A stretch of 33,000 nt of DNA from Iphione sp. A-MEVVRFRX5 (lineage: Eukaryota). The notes below the pieces were generated by a model, which was given only the letters and a program-made list of their open reading frames with translations, made no database searches and had not been told where the DNA came from. Both the position numbers and the translations under genes were made by a program. How positions within the stretch are numbered: the first letter of the stretch is position 1; each line of letters opens with the position of its first letter. The stretch spans positions 88,815,001-88,848,000 of the forward strand of contig OZ320316.1 of the NCBI GenBank assembly GCA_976226885.1, given 5' to 3'. Positions 1 through 12,160 of this stretch are shown piece by piece.

Positions 1-2556
1 GTAATATGAAGCACTGCGTTCCGCTGCAGACGTCGTCACTTTCCAAGTACAATCACACAATGGCCTGCTCACCCCGTCAGCTGCAAGGACAACGTTGTAT
101 CTGAGACCTGTAACTCGTCTCTGATGCAAGCAGTGGTGGCACTATGCTTGTGGCTCCCCCTACTGTTCTAGCTGTGAAGAAAGCAACAAGTCGAAACGTC
201 CTCTGATGTTAGCCTCTTGCTACCTAGTGCTAAAGACAGCGATGAGAGAAGCTTTCCAAATCCGACCTATTTCCTTGGCAAGATTGGCAGCGCCTTAAGG
301 TGTCTTGCAGGAGAATTACTTTCTTCTGCCTGCTTGACCGACAAAGCAAACGAACAGATTTGATTGGTATCGGACGGCTGGCGGTTAATTCCTCTTCTTT
401 ACGGTCAGCTGCAGATGCACACGCTAGTTGTGTAATCAAACGCTGGAAAGTAAGAACATTTGCTACCACACTCAATATCTACCAATATACAATAAGTCGT
501 AATGACCTTTATATAATATCATTCCCATCAAGAACGTCGCAGTTCTGGTATTTGGTCTACTAATCTCAGTCTATCATAATAATTATTCAACTCAAACCTC
601 AACGTTAGCGCAATTGCCACGCCAGGTAAGAGGTACATTTTATCATACATACCATTTGCTAACACAACTTCATTTTTCGTAGTGCTGGACGCAATCTCTA
701 TCAATCTTAAGTGTACACATATATTACTACCAAGACATGACCAAATTTAAAAGTATATCAGCCGTACTAAAAGTCTAATACCTATTCATGTAGTTAGATA
801 ATATATTTTCAAGAATAACGGCGTTTAACGGAATATAGGTTATATATAAAGGAGATTATTATTTACGAAGACACCTTTCTTGATCTCCTCTGTCTTAGTA
901 TTGAGGAAAATAGGATTTTGGTATTTACACATAATTTACACAAATTGTATAGAAGCTTGTATAATTTGCCTCAGGCTGAAAGGGGTTATTGACTTGAATG
1001 ATTCCATGGAGCCCGTGAATGAACCTCCTGTAACTTCCTTGGTATCCATCTCTGTGTGATTGCCTTCAGTTGAAAGTCACCCTAGAAGGCATGCCGGCAT
1101 TTTCGAGAATATCTTATATCCCCAGGTACGGGGTCTGTAACAGAGACAACTACTTATTTAGTTTTCTCTCCTCCTTCTTCGAAAGAGCACCGTCTGTGTA
1201 ATTAAATGTCAACGGAATGCGGCGCGATTTGTACATATAATTAATGCTAGGCCAGAATACATTCCCGGTGAGACCATTGCAATGTTTAATGGTGTTTTTA
1301 GCAGGATGGATTAGACCAGTGAAGGCTCACCCTTTAGGGAGCTCAGAAATTTGATGGAAAGGTGATTGCAACTACTTTCGTCTGGAATGAAGCTTTTCCT
1401 TGTATATTTCAAAATACAAACTACTCGGAAATCCGACCAACTTGACAATGTAATCGTCTTATCTGGTCAAGCCATTTTGGGTATATAAAGCTATATTCTA
1501 TGGAGAAAAGCAGCCAGACATCATTGAAATCATAAAGGATTAGTCTCAATGAGGGATTCAGTACGCTACAGCTGTAATATAATGCCTCCCCAGCAGGTAC
1601 CTCAATTGTTGGCATTTGAAAATACTCAGAATTTCAATTGAAAAGCTATTGTAGCCACCTTTGTTCAGATTGTATGTTGAACGTTTTGTCCAGGTTCACC
1701 ATTCACGATAAAATGGCATGATTTAATTAAACAGTACAGGCTGCTCAACAGGCTTTTAACTGCCTCTGGACCGTCCATAGGCTTATCGATCGCTTATGAT
1801 TGATAATTGTCAATGTAGAGTCAGATAGCGTTTCATAGATTTCATTAAATTTTAGCACAAAACGAGATTTTATTTAAGTAACCTGTTTTCCTTGAATTTT
1901 AGTAAAATACTCTGGAGTACCATGGAGAAGCAGTTGCATGATATTTTAAGATGACCTAGATCTAGCTTGATTGTAAGTATTCCTGGGTCAATGTCTTTCG
2001 TAAGAAGTCATCTGTGGCTTGTATTTTTAAATAAAATTTTCTCTGCTTTGGTAATATCCCCTAGTTCCTCAAATCTACATCAATGATGCCATTTCTGACA
2101 CTGATGCACGTTTTGGGGGATAATACATGTCAACTTCTAGGCTGTACGAATTTTATTACATGCTATGTAATAGAACCAAGTGGGTACTGGAATGTGGGAA
2201 AACACTTGCTGAGCAATGCAAAAAGATTTTTAACGCTGTTTCTGTACATATTTCACAAAATACTATAAATTTTTGGACATCTCTTGTGTGATATGGTTTT
2301 TCTGAAACCTAACGCTTCAGGCTGGGTTTCCAAGCAAGGATTTACTGTATGTTAACAGTGGGCAGTTGATGACTATAGACAATGTATCAGCGATACGACA
2401 GAAATGAACGAATCAGTTAGCGATCCAAGCAAGGGAATGTCACTGTTATAGTTTGGACTACAAATCTAAGTTCTTTAGGAGCCAATCACCGTTAGCAATG
2501 CCCCTTGTCATAAAGTCACAGGCTAGATGCGACGAAAGAACACAAAGAAGAAGCTA

Positions 2557-2615
2557 GTATATATATATACATGTACGACGTACATGGGTGTACATGTATG
2601 TACATATATGTACAT
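2557..2615. repeat. Low-complexity alternating purine/pyrimidine tract ((TA)n plus TACATG/TACATA units)
   Basis: Seen directly: gtatatatatatacatgtacgacgtacatgggtgtacatgtatgtacatatatgtacat. Confidence 0.85.
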
Positions 2616-4064
2616 AAAACATGCACACAGTAAGTCATCCCCATTTATGACCATGTGTGAAAAAGCGTGACTACAGCTGATCTCTGTGCAACGCAAATGC
2701 AGCACAACATATAAATGCAAGGATGTAACTAGCCTGTATTCAGAGGGTATGTACCGAACACATTACCAAAATAGGTAATATAACACATTTATATGCCCTT
2801 AGTAGAGGGATGCCCTAATCAGAGGGTTCGTTTTCCTATAATATATTATATTTGATTAGGACTAGCAAAGGTGTCCTTTACTCTGAGTTGTCCGTCTAAT
2901 TTAGTTGGCTTCGGGGTGCTTTGCTTCTGTATGTAGTTCCACTCAAAGACAAAGGAATTCGTACAGGTGTTTTGTTTGTTTCTAAGTACTCATTCTAGAG
3001 CAGAGGCCACACATAGTGGCCACTGAAAGGTGACTAGTCCGGATAGTTTCTCAAAGGCAGCCATATTGATTGCCCGCATTATTTCAAAAAGACAAAATGG
3101 CGGTGGACCTTCTGTAAATGGTTAACAAAGTTTGTGAAGAATGCACGAATTGTGCCACTCTAAGGTAAAATGGCTATATACAGTAGCAAGTCATTTATAA
3201 TGGCCAACGATTTGATTAAAATAAGCACCTTTATCAATTTGCACCATTACGTACTTACAATATAACAAATTTGTGAAATGAATAGCCTACATATTACTAA
3301 TGCTTGTCAGATGGTATCTATGAATTATCCAGGCTTGTAAATCAATCTAGAAATGTAGAAGCTTCAGGATTTCATATATAACTGATCCTCATGAGAGAAG
3401 ATGCAAAGTTGATGGTGGACAGCTTTGTTATGGGCTGAACGGGTATGAATGCCTTATTGTTGATATCGCTAAACAAACCACTTAATCCTACGTACTTCCT
3501 AATGGTTCTAATATGGTTGAGTGTGACTTTGCTATTCTTTCAATGTCTAAACAATCATCTTTAAACCAGGGACTAGTCACAGCACTGATATAAGTTAAGG
3601 TGCATTTGGATTGGATGAGAAGATGACACATATTCTATTATTTTGGCAAGAAAGAAAATGGTGGCCGAGCTTTGACTCGACTTGATAAGTTTAAATTATG
3701 GACAAAATAGACAGTTTAAAGTGAAAGTAAGGCTGAAATGGTTTAAATAGAACAGAAAAACACCTGTATGATGTGTGTAGAATGTATTTGGATGAATATT
3801 TTGATTTATTTGGTGCGTTTCAGTTGAGAGCATCATGCTCGGGGCAAACCAGAAATATAGAATTGGGTTCAAAATGTGCATGGTCGTGACCTTGAAAACT
3901 ATGTCAAGCAGGTGCACTGCATTCATTCAAAATGGTGTCCAACATAAACATGCCTTGGGAAGTCAACACACTTCAAAAACATGAAAATATGGATAAATAA
4001 AGCCCTGCAGAAGGTTAGCTGTAGTCAAAACCGTATTAGAACTGAGTTTACTGACTTCTTTCCA

Positions 4065-4118
4065 TGACTAGTCCATGGTTTAGACACTCAATTTGTGTCT
4101 AAACCTTAGGACTAGTCA
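4065..4118. repeat. Near-perfect 54-bp inverted repeat (hairpin/cruciform)
   Basis: Left arm TGACTAGTCC-AT-GGTTTAGACAC (4065-4087), loop TCAATTT, right arm GTGTCTAAACC-TTA-GGACTAGTCA (4095-4118). The arms are exact reverse complements except for the central AT/TTA mismatch-bulge. Confidence 0.9.
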
Positions 4119-5079
4119 CTCAAATTCATTGTTAAACCCGGTGTTTAAAGGGTATATGGAAGTCTCAGAAATCCATCAGATACGATTGGAGTAATCCATT
4201 CGAACTTACCTGTCTCCAAAAAAGATGTAAGGGCCTGGCCATTAGAAGCTTGACACAATCAGAGTCACGTTCATTTTCATGATGGCTTAGCACATGGCCT
4301 GACACAGACAAATGCAATGAGAGAATGTAAAGGGATTTGACGAAAATCTCATATCGGCCCTGATCATGTGCAAACAGCATATGGTGAAGGCCAACCATAG
4401 ACTCTATCTTCCCTGTTAGGCAATAGTAATTGACATGATGCCCAATTACTTTTATTCTGGCCATCTCAACATGCTGATGTGTTTGCCCGGCAGCAAGTTA
4501 CAGGAAGGCTTACATGCCTAGGAAAGGTCATGTTGATTAGCCAGAATATGAATCATTCTTGCAAAAATGTCACTCGTGAAATTCATTTGGTCAATTCTGC
4601 CCTGTATCAAATCCCTTATTACTATGAATGCTTGTTTTTAGTGAATACCTAGTGTCTGTTCTGATTAATGTAGTTTTTGGGTAATGTAAATCCGTATTTA
4701 TACTGGGAAAGAAGTGTTACCGGGAACAAAGGTGAAAATGGTCATTTATATATGGTGAAAGTAAAAGTATGATTTAGCATGCATAGATTTTATCATTGTT
4801 GATAAATTAAGCAGAATATCAATAACTTCAGAATTGGAGGGTCAGCATTCTATGATTTGTTCACCACATCGGTAAGCTAGGCAATCCCTATCGTACATGT
4901 GGACTCTACAGGACTGTTTCCATGTATACAGGCTCTATGCTCTGTGCTCTGGAGTAGTTCGCAGCTAGCAAATAAGCAATGGTCCATTAATTTCTCTGGA
5001 TTCCAGTGACCTACAAGGACCAGTGGTATACAGGAAATTTTCTTTGGATCAGGAGGAAAACTATGTGTTTGCGTGTGTT

Positions 5080-5302
5080 GCATAAGAATGATTTAGTTGG
5101 AATTCCCTTTGACTGGCACAAAAGCAAATTGTTTTAACTGATTTGGACAGAATTCTTTCCAATTGGAAGAAAACCCACACTTTTTCAACCAAATTAGTTC
5201 GAATTCTTTAAAATCAGCACATAAAAACACACTGTTTTAACAGATTTGGGTGGAATGTTTTGTGATTGGTGCAAAAAATACAGTTTTAAAACACACACAC
5301 AC
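5080..5302. repeat. Degenerate tandem repeat of about 51 bp (about 4 copies), followed by (AC)6
   Basis: GAATTC/GAATG anchors at 5100, 5150, 5201 and 5253 (spacing 50, 51, 52). Copies at 5130 and 5233 begin TGTTTTAAC(T/A)GATTTGG; copies at about 5080 and 5181 share TTAGTT(G/C)GAATTC. (AC)6 at 5291-5302. Confidence 0.65.
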
Positions 5303-8300
5303 ATGTTCATTTCTCGTACTAGTCCCTAGTAACATAGGATCCTAAGTCTGTATAGTTTCGCAATAATTACTGCTCTTACTTGAAAGCTAATGTGGCCTTT
5401 GAACTTCACATTTGGATTGACCTGGGTAGCTTGTTTCCAGACATTCCATCCTTAATTGTATTGGTTTCCAGCTCTGACTGCAGTGAAGGATATCCTATTT
5501 GAATGATTGGTTATGATAATTATATCAAGCATAAGAGCCAATGTGTACAATCGGACTGTTATATCATCTATAAGGGAATTAGGTCCTTTTTCAGAAACTA
5601 CTTCTCATTCACCTTCCATTTGGCAAGTGAGGCGATCCTTTAGGGCTGGACTTAAAAACCAAACTAATTGCCTGAAATTTTCGCACATTCGTAATCACTG
5701 TTTGTAGATGTAATAATTCGGAAGTGGCACCAAATACACCATTCGAGTACGGCTCGTTTTGTGTTACTGCCAGTCATTGTTTTTAGCGCCCTCTTTCAAC
5801 CAAACAAAATAACCAATACCTTGTATTGACTTTTTTAAGCGCTTGTTCGATGCTACTCATAATTAGGAAATCGCCTTCATTAGCTAATGTGGATAGACAT
5901 GCTAGGCTATGTTAGGAATTTAGTAGAACTAGAATCAGCAAGTTGTTTCCCACTCAAACTTTCTCTCAGCCATAAGGCCTAGATTGTTGAACATACCTAA
6001 TATTATTTCTACTTTCACACCATCAAGCTGAAGGCAATAACTAAATCTTCTGCCTTTTCCATAGACAGGTAATTAGCATATCTTGATTAATACACAACAG
6101 CAATTAGGAAGGTGACATATCTATTGAAGAATTACGTTTTCATTTAGATGTTTATTATATTTTTATTACTGTGACTATGGACATATCGCTACAGGACTGA
6201 CTATATCGGAGGAACATGGCTTAAAGAAAAGAAATTCAAACACAGCTACGTTACCATGATTCTGGAAATTTGGCACTTTCAACACGTTTATCAATGTTTG
6301 GAGTTTTTGCAGATGTTGAAATTTAGCGTGCCTTATATCCACAGATTATGATGAAAACAAGTATTATGTGCAAGGGTGTTGACGTGTGCAATGAGAGAAA
6401 ATTCACTATAATATTCATATGTCCATGTGTAGCCGGGACACAAAGGATACATTTGGCGCTTTTCGCTGCTCATTATACTGATTATCTCATCTAGTTGTCA
6501 CTCGTAGAATTGGTAGTCACACAATCGCCTATCCTTCTAATGTAACATATTTGTTCCAGACGTCGACAACAAAAAATTGTGCCCACTCATGGACTACAAT
6601 TTTTGCACAGAACTACTGGTGATTACGTTGCTAATGGCTTGACCGCGTCTTCTTTGTTAGCTATTAATAAAGCTGCCGGTCTTGTCAATGTACTCATATT
6701 TAAAACCACGGACTTGAAGTCCGTTCGCGCAACACTAGGACACTGCTGCCTACCCATGTGATATTTTGTAATTATGAACGGTGAGATGTGCTATGGCAGG
6801 TAAGATTCGTGGGGCCCTGTGCACTTGCATGTATTGTAGAATTACTGAATTAAATTATCCTCAATTTGATTTTACAGACGTAAAAGCATCACTTGTAGAA
6901 ATAATCCTGTTGCGCTTATCGTGCACGTGATATCAACGAATGAATCACTCAGAACATGTCTAAAAGCTTTACTAAGCTGGCTTCATCTATATTGACATTA
7001 AATAACATAAGACATCTATACAGATATTCTTTAAGTATGTAATCTGAGATGCATTATGCCTCTCAACGGAAAAAAAGAAAAAAAGATTTTCCATTTATCT
7101 CGCTGTGATCTACCGTATGACTGCTTTCCTGTCTCTTCAATGACATATCATATTATTCCACAGCCAGTATTCTACGCAGACATATTGCGGCCACATTTTT
7201 CTTTTCTATCTCGTTTCCTGGAGGCACTGAGTGGTTTTGAAAAGAGAAAAAAACGCTGAAGTGTAAGGTAGACTCTCTAAGGGAACCGCTGACCCGCTCC
7301 CATGGGCAATTAAAACCAGTGCAGCCCTTTTTGTATTATTCAGAAGGGACTCCCTGATCACGTCAATGCATTCAGGTCACAGATGCTCACTATCGGAACA
7401 GAATGACGCGTGGACTACCAGACAATAGGAAGATGTCTCACAAGACAGGTTCTGCTGTCAACGCCACGACTGATGGCCGCGCCACGCAGCGGGCGCCCAC
7501 CCATCTACACGGCACCCAACTGCTTCACTTTGTCGCCAGCGTAATAAACTGTGTGCGCTCCATTGCTGCTTTTCATGAGTTCATTCCGAGCGCCCTTCAG
7601 GTCAATATTGCGCGCTCCATCTGTGTGCACACGTGGCCGTCTTTTGGAGGACCATGCGGGCTGTGGACACAAGGCCAGGGTCTCACCCTCGGGGCACCAG
7701 CTTTACCTGCAATCTGGCTTTACCGAAGGCCACCGACACGCAATGCCCGTGGGCGAATATCCAGAGCGGGATGCCATCTGACGGTGGCTTTTGGCGACAA
7801 CTCCCATGACAACGCTGACGTCACATTTTCAAAGTCATCAACGTGATCCATATCCCCGATTTCCCGATGGCTCTGCGTTGCCTCCAGTCGGGGTATGTCG
7901 CACAGAGAGTGCTGGTTAGATTGATCTTCGTCGGAGTGCCTTACCCAAGGCTCATCACATTCCCTACCCATTATCACCCATTTGCCACATCAAAGGGACC
8001 GTTTATGTAATTGGTGCGTCGCTGGGATCGGTTCAGTCGCTACCGCCAAGTGACCCGCGACAGGACTAGAAATGCACTTCTTACGCTCCAACCAGACCAT
8101 CCTTCATTTTAGTGACTGTTCTGATAGACTACTCGGTAGCGACTCACAATAAAGACCACTCTCAGCTGACCCTTGCCGGGAAAGCGGGGAAAGGCTTTCC
8201 ACCCTTCACGGGCTCTACATAATGCGTATGTTAGCAAGACGCCCTGGGGACACTAGTGGTCCACACTCATTTGCACATGCGGCAAATGGGTATTTGGCGC

Positions 8301-11300
8301 TCATTTCAATTTCGAAAATTATCACTTTAGGCTAGCTCTCAGAAAGCCTTGTATCTTCATTACTTTTGGCTGAGAGCGCAGAGCTAAAACACTCGTGGCG
8401 ATTCTTTCATCGGCAGCGACAGACAAGGACCTAATGGAAAGAGCAAAGCGACATGCTGGAGAGGAGCCACTGTTATTGGAACAATATGGTGGAGTTAGCC
8501 ACATTATTCCTGTTCGGGAGGCTGACGTGTTGGTCAGGTTGCCCCATATTCGTTGTGTGTTCAGATGTGATAAAGGGCTCGTGGACGACGGCGGGCAACA
8601 CGACCAGTTAGTAATCAACAACCACCGAGCAACGCGCTTGTCTCATCTTGCTCCTAGATCCAATATAATCACGTTTGGAGTTTACTCAGCCTGATATTTG
8701 CCCAGCGATGAAAACAGAACTCTGTTCGGACTTGATTGCACTCGTTGAAACGATAGTGCTTTCATCGCAAATAGCACTCAGGTCTCCGATGCTTGTGCAT
8801 CCTGATTAGCAGGCAAACTGAGGGTTAAATTTACAAATCGTGGGAGACAGCGGGAAGAACTACGAGAACAGTGGAGCAACAATATGTTTTTTTTTTTAAA
8901 GAAACAATGCGGAAGAAATAAATAAAAGCAGTCAGTATATCATTTCGTTTGAAAGTGGTTTTATTTCCTGTCGCAACCGGAAACGTTGGACAGATTAGGT
9001 ATAGGAACAAATGTGTCATTTCAGCGGAGGTAGCTCAAAACAGGGGCTACTACAAGCGCATACCTCGGGTCCATCGGTCAGAAACATGGAAAGCAAGTAT
9101 GGTTCAAGTTCATGCATCGTTTTTATCAAATACAATACTCAATTTACCTACATTAAACTCGATCTGCCTTTGGATGACATCTAACCTATTATTTTTTATA
9201 CAATCTACTGCACTAGAAGATACACTCCTGTGGTAATTCCGAGTCATGGGGAGGGGGGGGATTATCTCAAACCCTAACATGCAGTCTTTAGTCATTATTC
9301 CTATTCATTTGGAGTCATTAATTCCTCAAACGTAATTTGCTGGCGATTCAAGCATGTAAACAGGTGCCATTAAAGGTTCATAATGCTTGCTGCATTTCTC
9401 CTTGCGTGAATGATGGATGAAATATTTATTTTAAGCTCCAAGCACAATGTTCTGAACGCTCTGTCAATAATCCAAGAGCCGTTTGGGATGATGGCGCCTT
9501 TTATTATGATATAATCTGTTTTACAACACCGAAATTTATAATGTGTGGAAACTGTTGAAATATATCCAGATTGAGTGAAGATTAGGAACCTACTAAATTT
9601 CACCATTTTCCCCTGAAATTAATATTGTCCCGCGAATGCATTAGTACAATATTGGTTTTTCAGGATTATCTATTAAAGGATAACAAAATATATTCTATTC
9701 CGCCATTATACTGAATCCGTTTTGTTCTCGATTATATGCAGTCATCATCACATGACTGCTTCCAAAGTAATCTGCTAATTGTCAATAGCATCCTCCGCCC
9801 TATTGCAAACTATGAAATGTCCATCATTTCCCGTTCTGTGAAAAGCTGTAAGGTTTCATAACTAACTCGTTGTTTAGTCTCTATTGCCATATCATGCCGT
9901 TGGTGTGTGGTATAATTAACAATGCCATATCAATACAGTTCTATGAATTATGGATACGATGGTAAAATGGTAATTCAGGAAAGTCTTGACTAACTCGTAT
10001 AGAAAAACCTATTATAACAATGAAAAACTTACCAAGTAAAATTTATATCCATACAGTAAATGTTTGCTAAACACATAATGATGGAAGTACAAGTATCATT
10101 TTCCTCAAATGTTAATCTCTTAGGTATTGTAACATGAGCCTGTTTCAGAAGGTGACGGTTGAATAAATGAATTAAGTCCACATGGAAATATCTGGTTCAC
10201 TACAAGTGCAGAACTCTGCTGGGTGTAACTCTCTCAAGGTGCAGTGAGAGAATGTCTGTTTGTTCTGTGATAACATGGCCCTTATATACAAAGTCAGTTC
10301 TTAATATAGGCACAATCACATGAGGTATTCCATTACAAACCTATTCAAAGAGAAAGTTGGATAAGACCCTTGACTGTCTTTAATAACACTGCCATTTTAC
10401 AATCAATTCTTCTGACTCGAGTCAGGAGATGTCAGAACATCTTGCAAATACACAGTTTCATTTCTCATTGAGTTGGAAGTTCAGATTCACATGTTTCTGA
10501 GCAAAGATGATCTGTTTATGTTTTTAATCTCTTTAATTCATTTTAATAATGACTTGTATGAAAAAAAAGTCGAAGGAACGTATTGTGAGGAAATTAATAT
10601 CTCTCAAAATTGAAATAGGAAACCAATTTGAAATACTGCCTTTATCTTCATGCTGCATTCATCATCAATTCCATATTAAAGCACTTAGAGAACCCACTAA
10701 CTTCATTACAGGACCTAATGTTTTAAGATACTGATTCACCTGAGTATAATTTCAGGAAATGCAAGGTGGCGTAACTGCAATGGGTCGTTTCAATTTTAGA
10801 ATATGATGCTCTCATTGGTATTAGAGGAACTGTCGTATTACTGAATGAATTGTATAGCTTACCGGAGGCTAAAATGAGTGCTATGGTGTTTCCATGGAAG
10901 TATCTATTTTAGTAGGAAGCAGCATGGTAACGTTATTGACTATGTAGTCGTGAAACTTAAAAGCACAAGGTTTTAAATATTATCACCATAGCGAGCTTGA
11001 ATCATACAGTTCCTCACTGACTTATGACATCCCAGGTATACACTCCACAATTTCCTATCTATTACACAATAGACCCAAATGATCATATAAATGACCAGAA
11101 TTTGTTCCCACATTATTGAAATTGTGCAGTTTGTTTTTGAAAATGCACGGAATTCGTGTCTTACCATGTAACTGTGTCGTTATTTTGATGATGATATTGA
11201 ATGAAGTCTATTTAAACATAGATCTCATATCCCTAGCCTGCCCTAGGCCTGCTCTGTTCCATACCTTACTTATGTGTTTACATATCTTTTCATGTGCTTG

Positions 11301-11611
11301 CATGAACGTAAGACACAATGTCTGTTTTTAAATAATCCACACCTAACACAAATGCAAATGCACACACAACTCATACATGCAACACATGAATGCTAATCCT
11401 CACATTCATTTCAACCTGCTGGTAATTTCATGCAAAGCACATGGATTATTTTTGAATTCAACATATAATTAATCGAATACAAACTTAGTTTCTTATATGT
11501 ATATGTGTCTATTCGTTAGTTACAAGAGTTCTGATTGTCAAAATTTCACCTAATAGATATTATCTAATATTTTATCTGTGATTTAAGATCACTTTCTTCT
11601 ATTCTCTCTAG

Positions 11612-11652
11612 GCAACAGGTGGTGAGGCTGGAGCCCTTATTGCCAAATAAAA
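11612..11652 (+). other. Candidate 41-nt exon (UTR/lncRNA or coding micro-exon; host gene unknown)
   Basis: Strong pyrimidine tract and acceptor (actttcttctattctctctAG, AG at 11610-11611) and consensus donor GTAAGT at 11653. One frame is open (QQVVRLEPLLPNK). Splice signals are the only evidence. Confidence 0.25.
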
Positions 11653-11934
11653 GTAAGTTCCACGGTACGTCTGCATATCTCGTTTTACCCAGGGTGCCCG
11701 AAAGGTAGGAAGTTCGAGCAAACTCTACAAGTGCTCAAACGGTGCAATGACCTTGAGAGACATTAGGACGAGCCAGGCTAATGCAATAACTTTAACTTCA
11801 TTACTTCCTAACTTGCGAGTAGGAGACTAATATTTTGTAAATAGGAACATTACTTCGCCATCGCAAGATATAGATGATGGGGTTCTGTAGGGTAATTCTG
11901 GCACCCATAAACCGAATGGGATATATTGTTTATG

Positions 11935-11964
11935 GTTAATTCATATATACATATATGAATTAAC
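11935..11964. repeat. Perfect AT-rich palindrome (14-bp arms, 2-nt spacer)
   Basis: GTTAATTCATATAT-AC-ATATATGAATTAAC; the arms are exact reverse complements. Confidence 0.9.
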
Positions 11965-12010
11965 GATAAGTAATCGTTGTACTAAAACAGTGTACGGACA
12001 GTAGAACCTT

Positions 12011-12160
12011 GCTGTACAGTCAGTCTGATATATAGTTGCAGGGCATGAATGCATATTTAACAGGTGATGATACAATTCACACATGGGGTTGTTCAGATTC
12101 TTGATTTATTCCTATTATTGTATTATGATCACATATATAAGGCATTTACTATTTATCGCT
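12011..12160 (+). repeat. Dispersed repeat, copy A (direct homolog at 16601-16755)
   Basis: Manual ungapped alignment of 12066-12158 with 16661-16753 gives 79/93 identities. The core 12097-12138 versus 16692-16733 gives 40/42. Looser similarity extends upstream to GCTGTAC at 12011/16601. Confidence 0.85.

Noticed and set aside
40-63. FPSTITQW resembling a LINE ORF2 C-terminal FFPRTIxxW motif
   Set aside because: Single short motif; the downstream residues do not fit and the upstream context lies outside the window.
1210-1233. QRNAARFV resembling LINE QRRAARFV
   Set aside because: Spacing to the expected LxxRR and YKI motifs is wrong and no RT motifs lie upstream. A very old LINE relic cannot be excluded but is unsupported.
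7403-7846. 147-aa ORF as a gene
   Set aside because: No recognisable domain, and it lies in a GC-rich patch where long chance ORFs are more likely.
9024-9080. tRNA-like start (GGAGGTAGCTCAAAACAGG)
   Set aside because: No B box, cloverleaf or acceptor stem.
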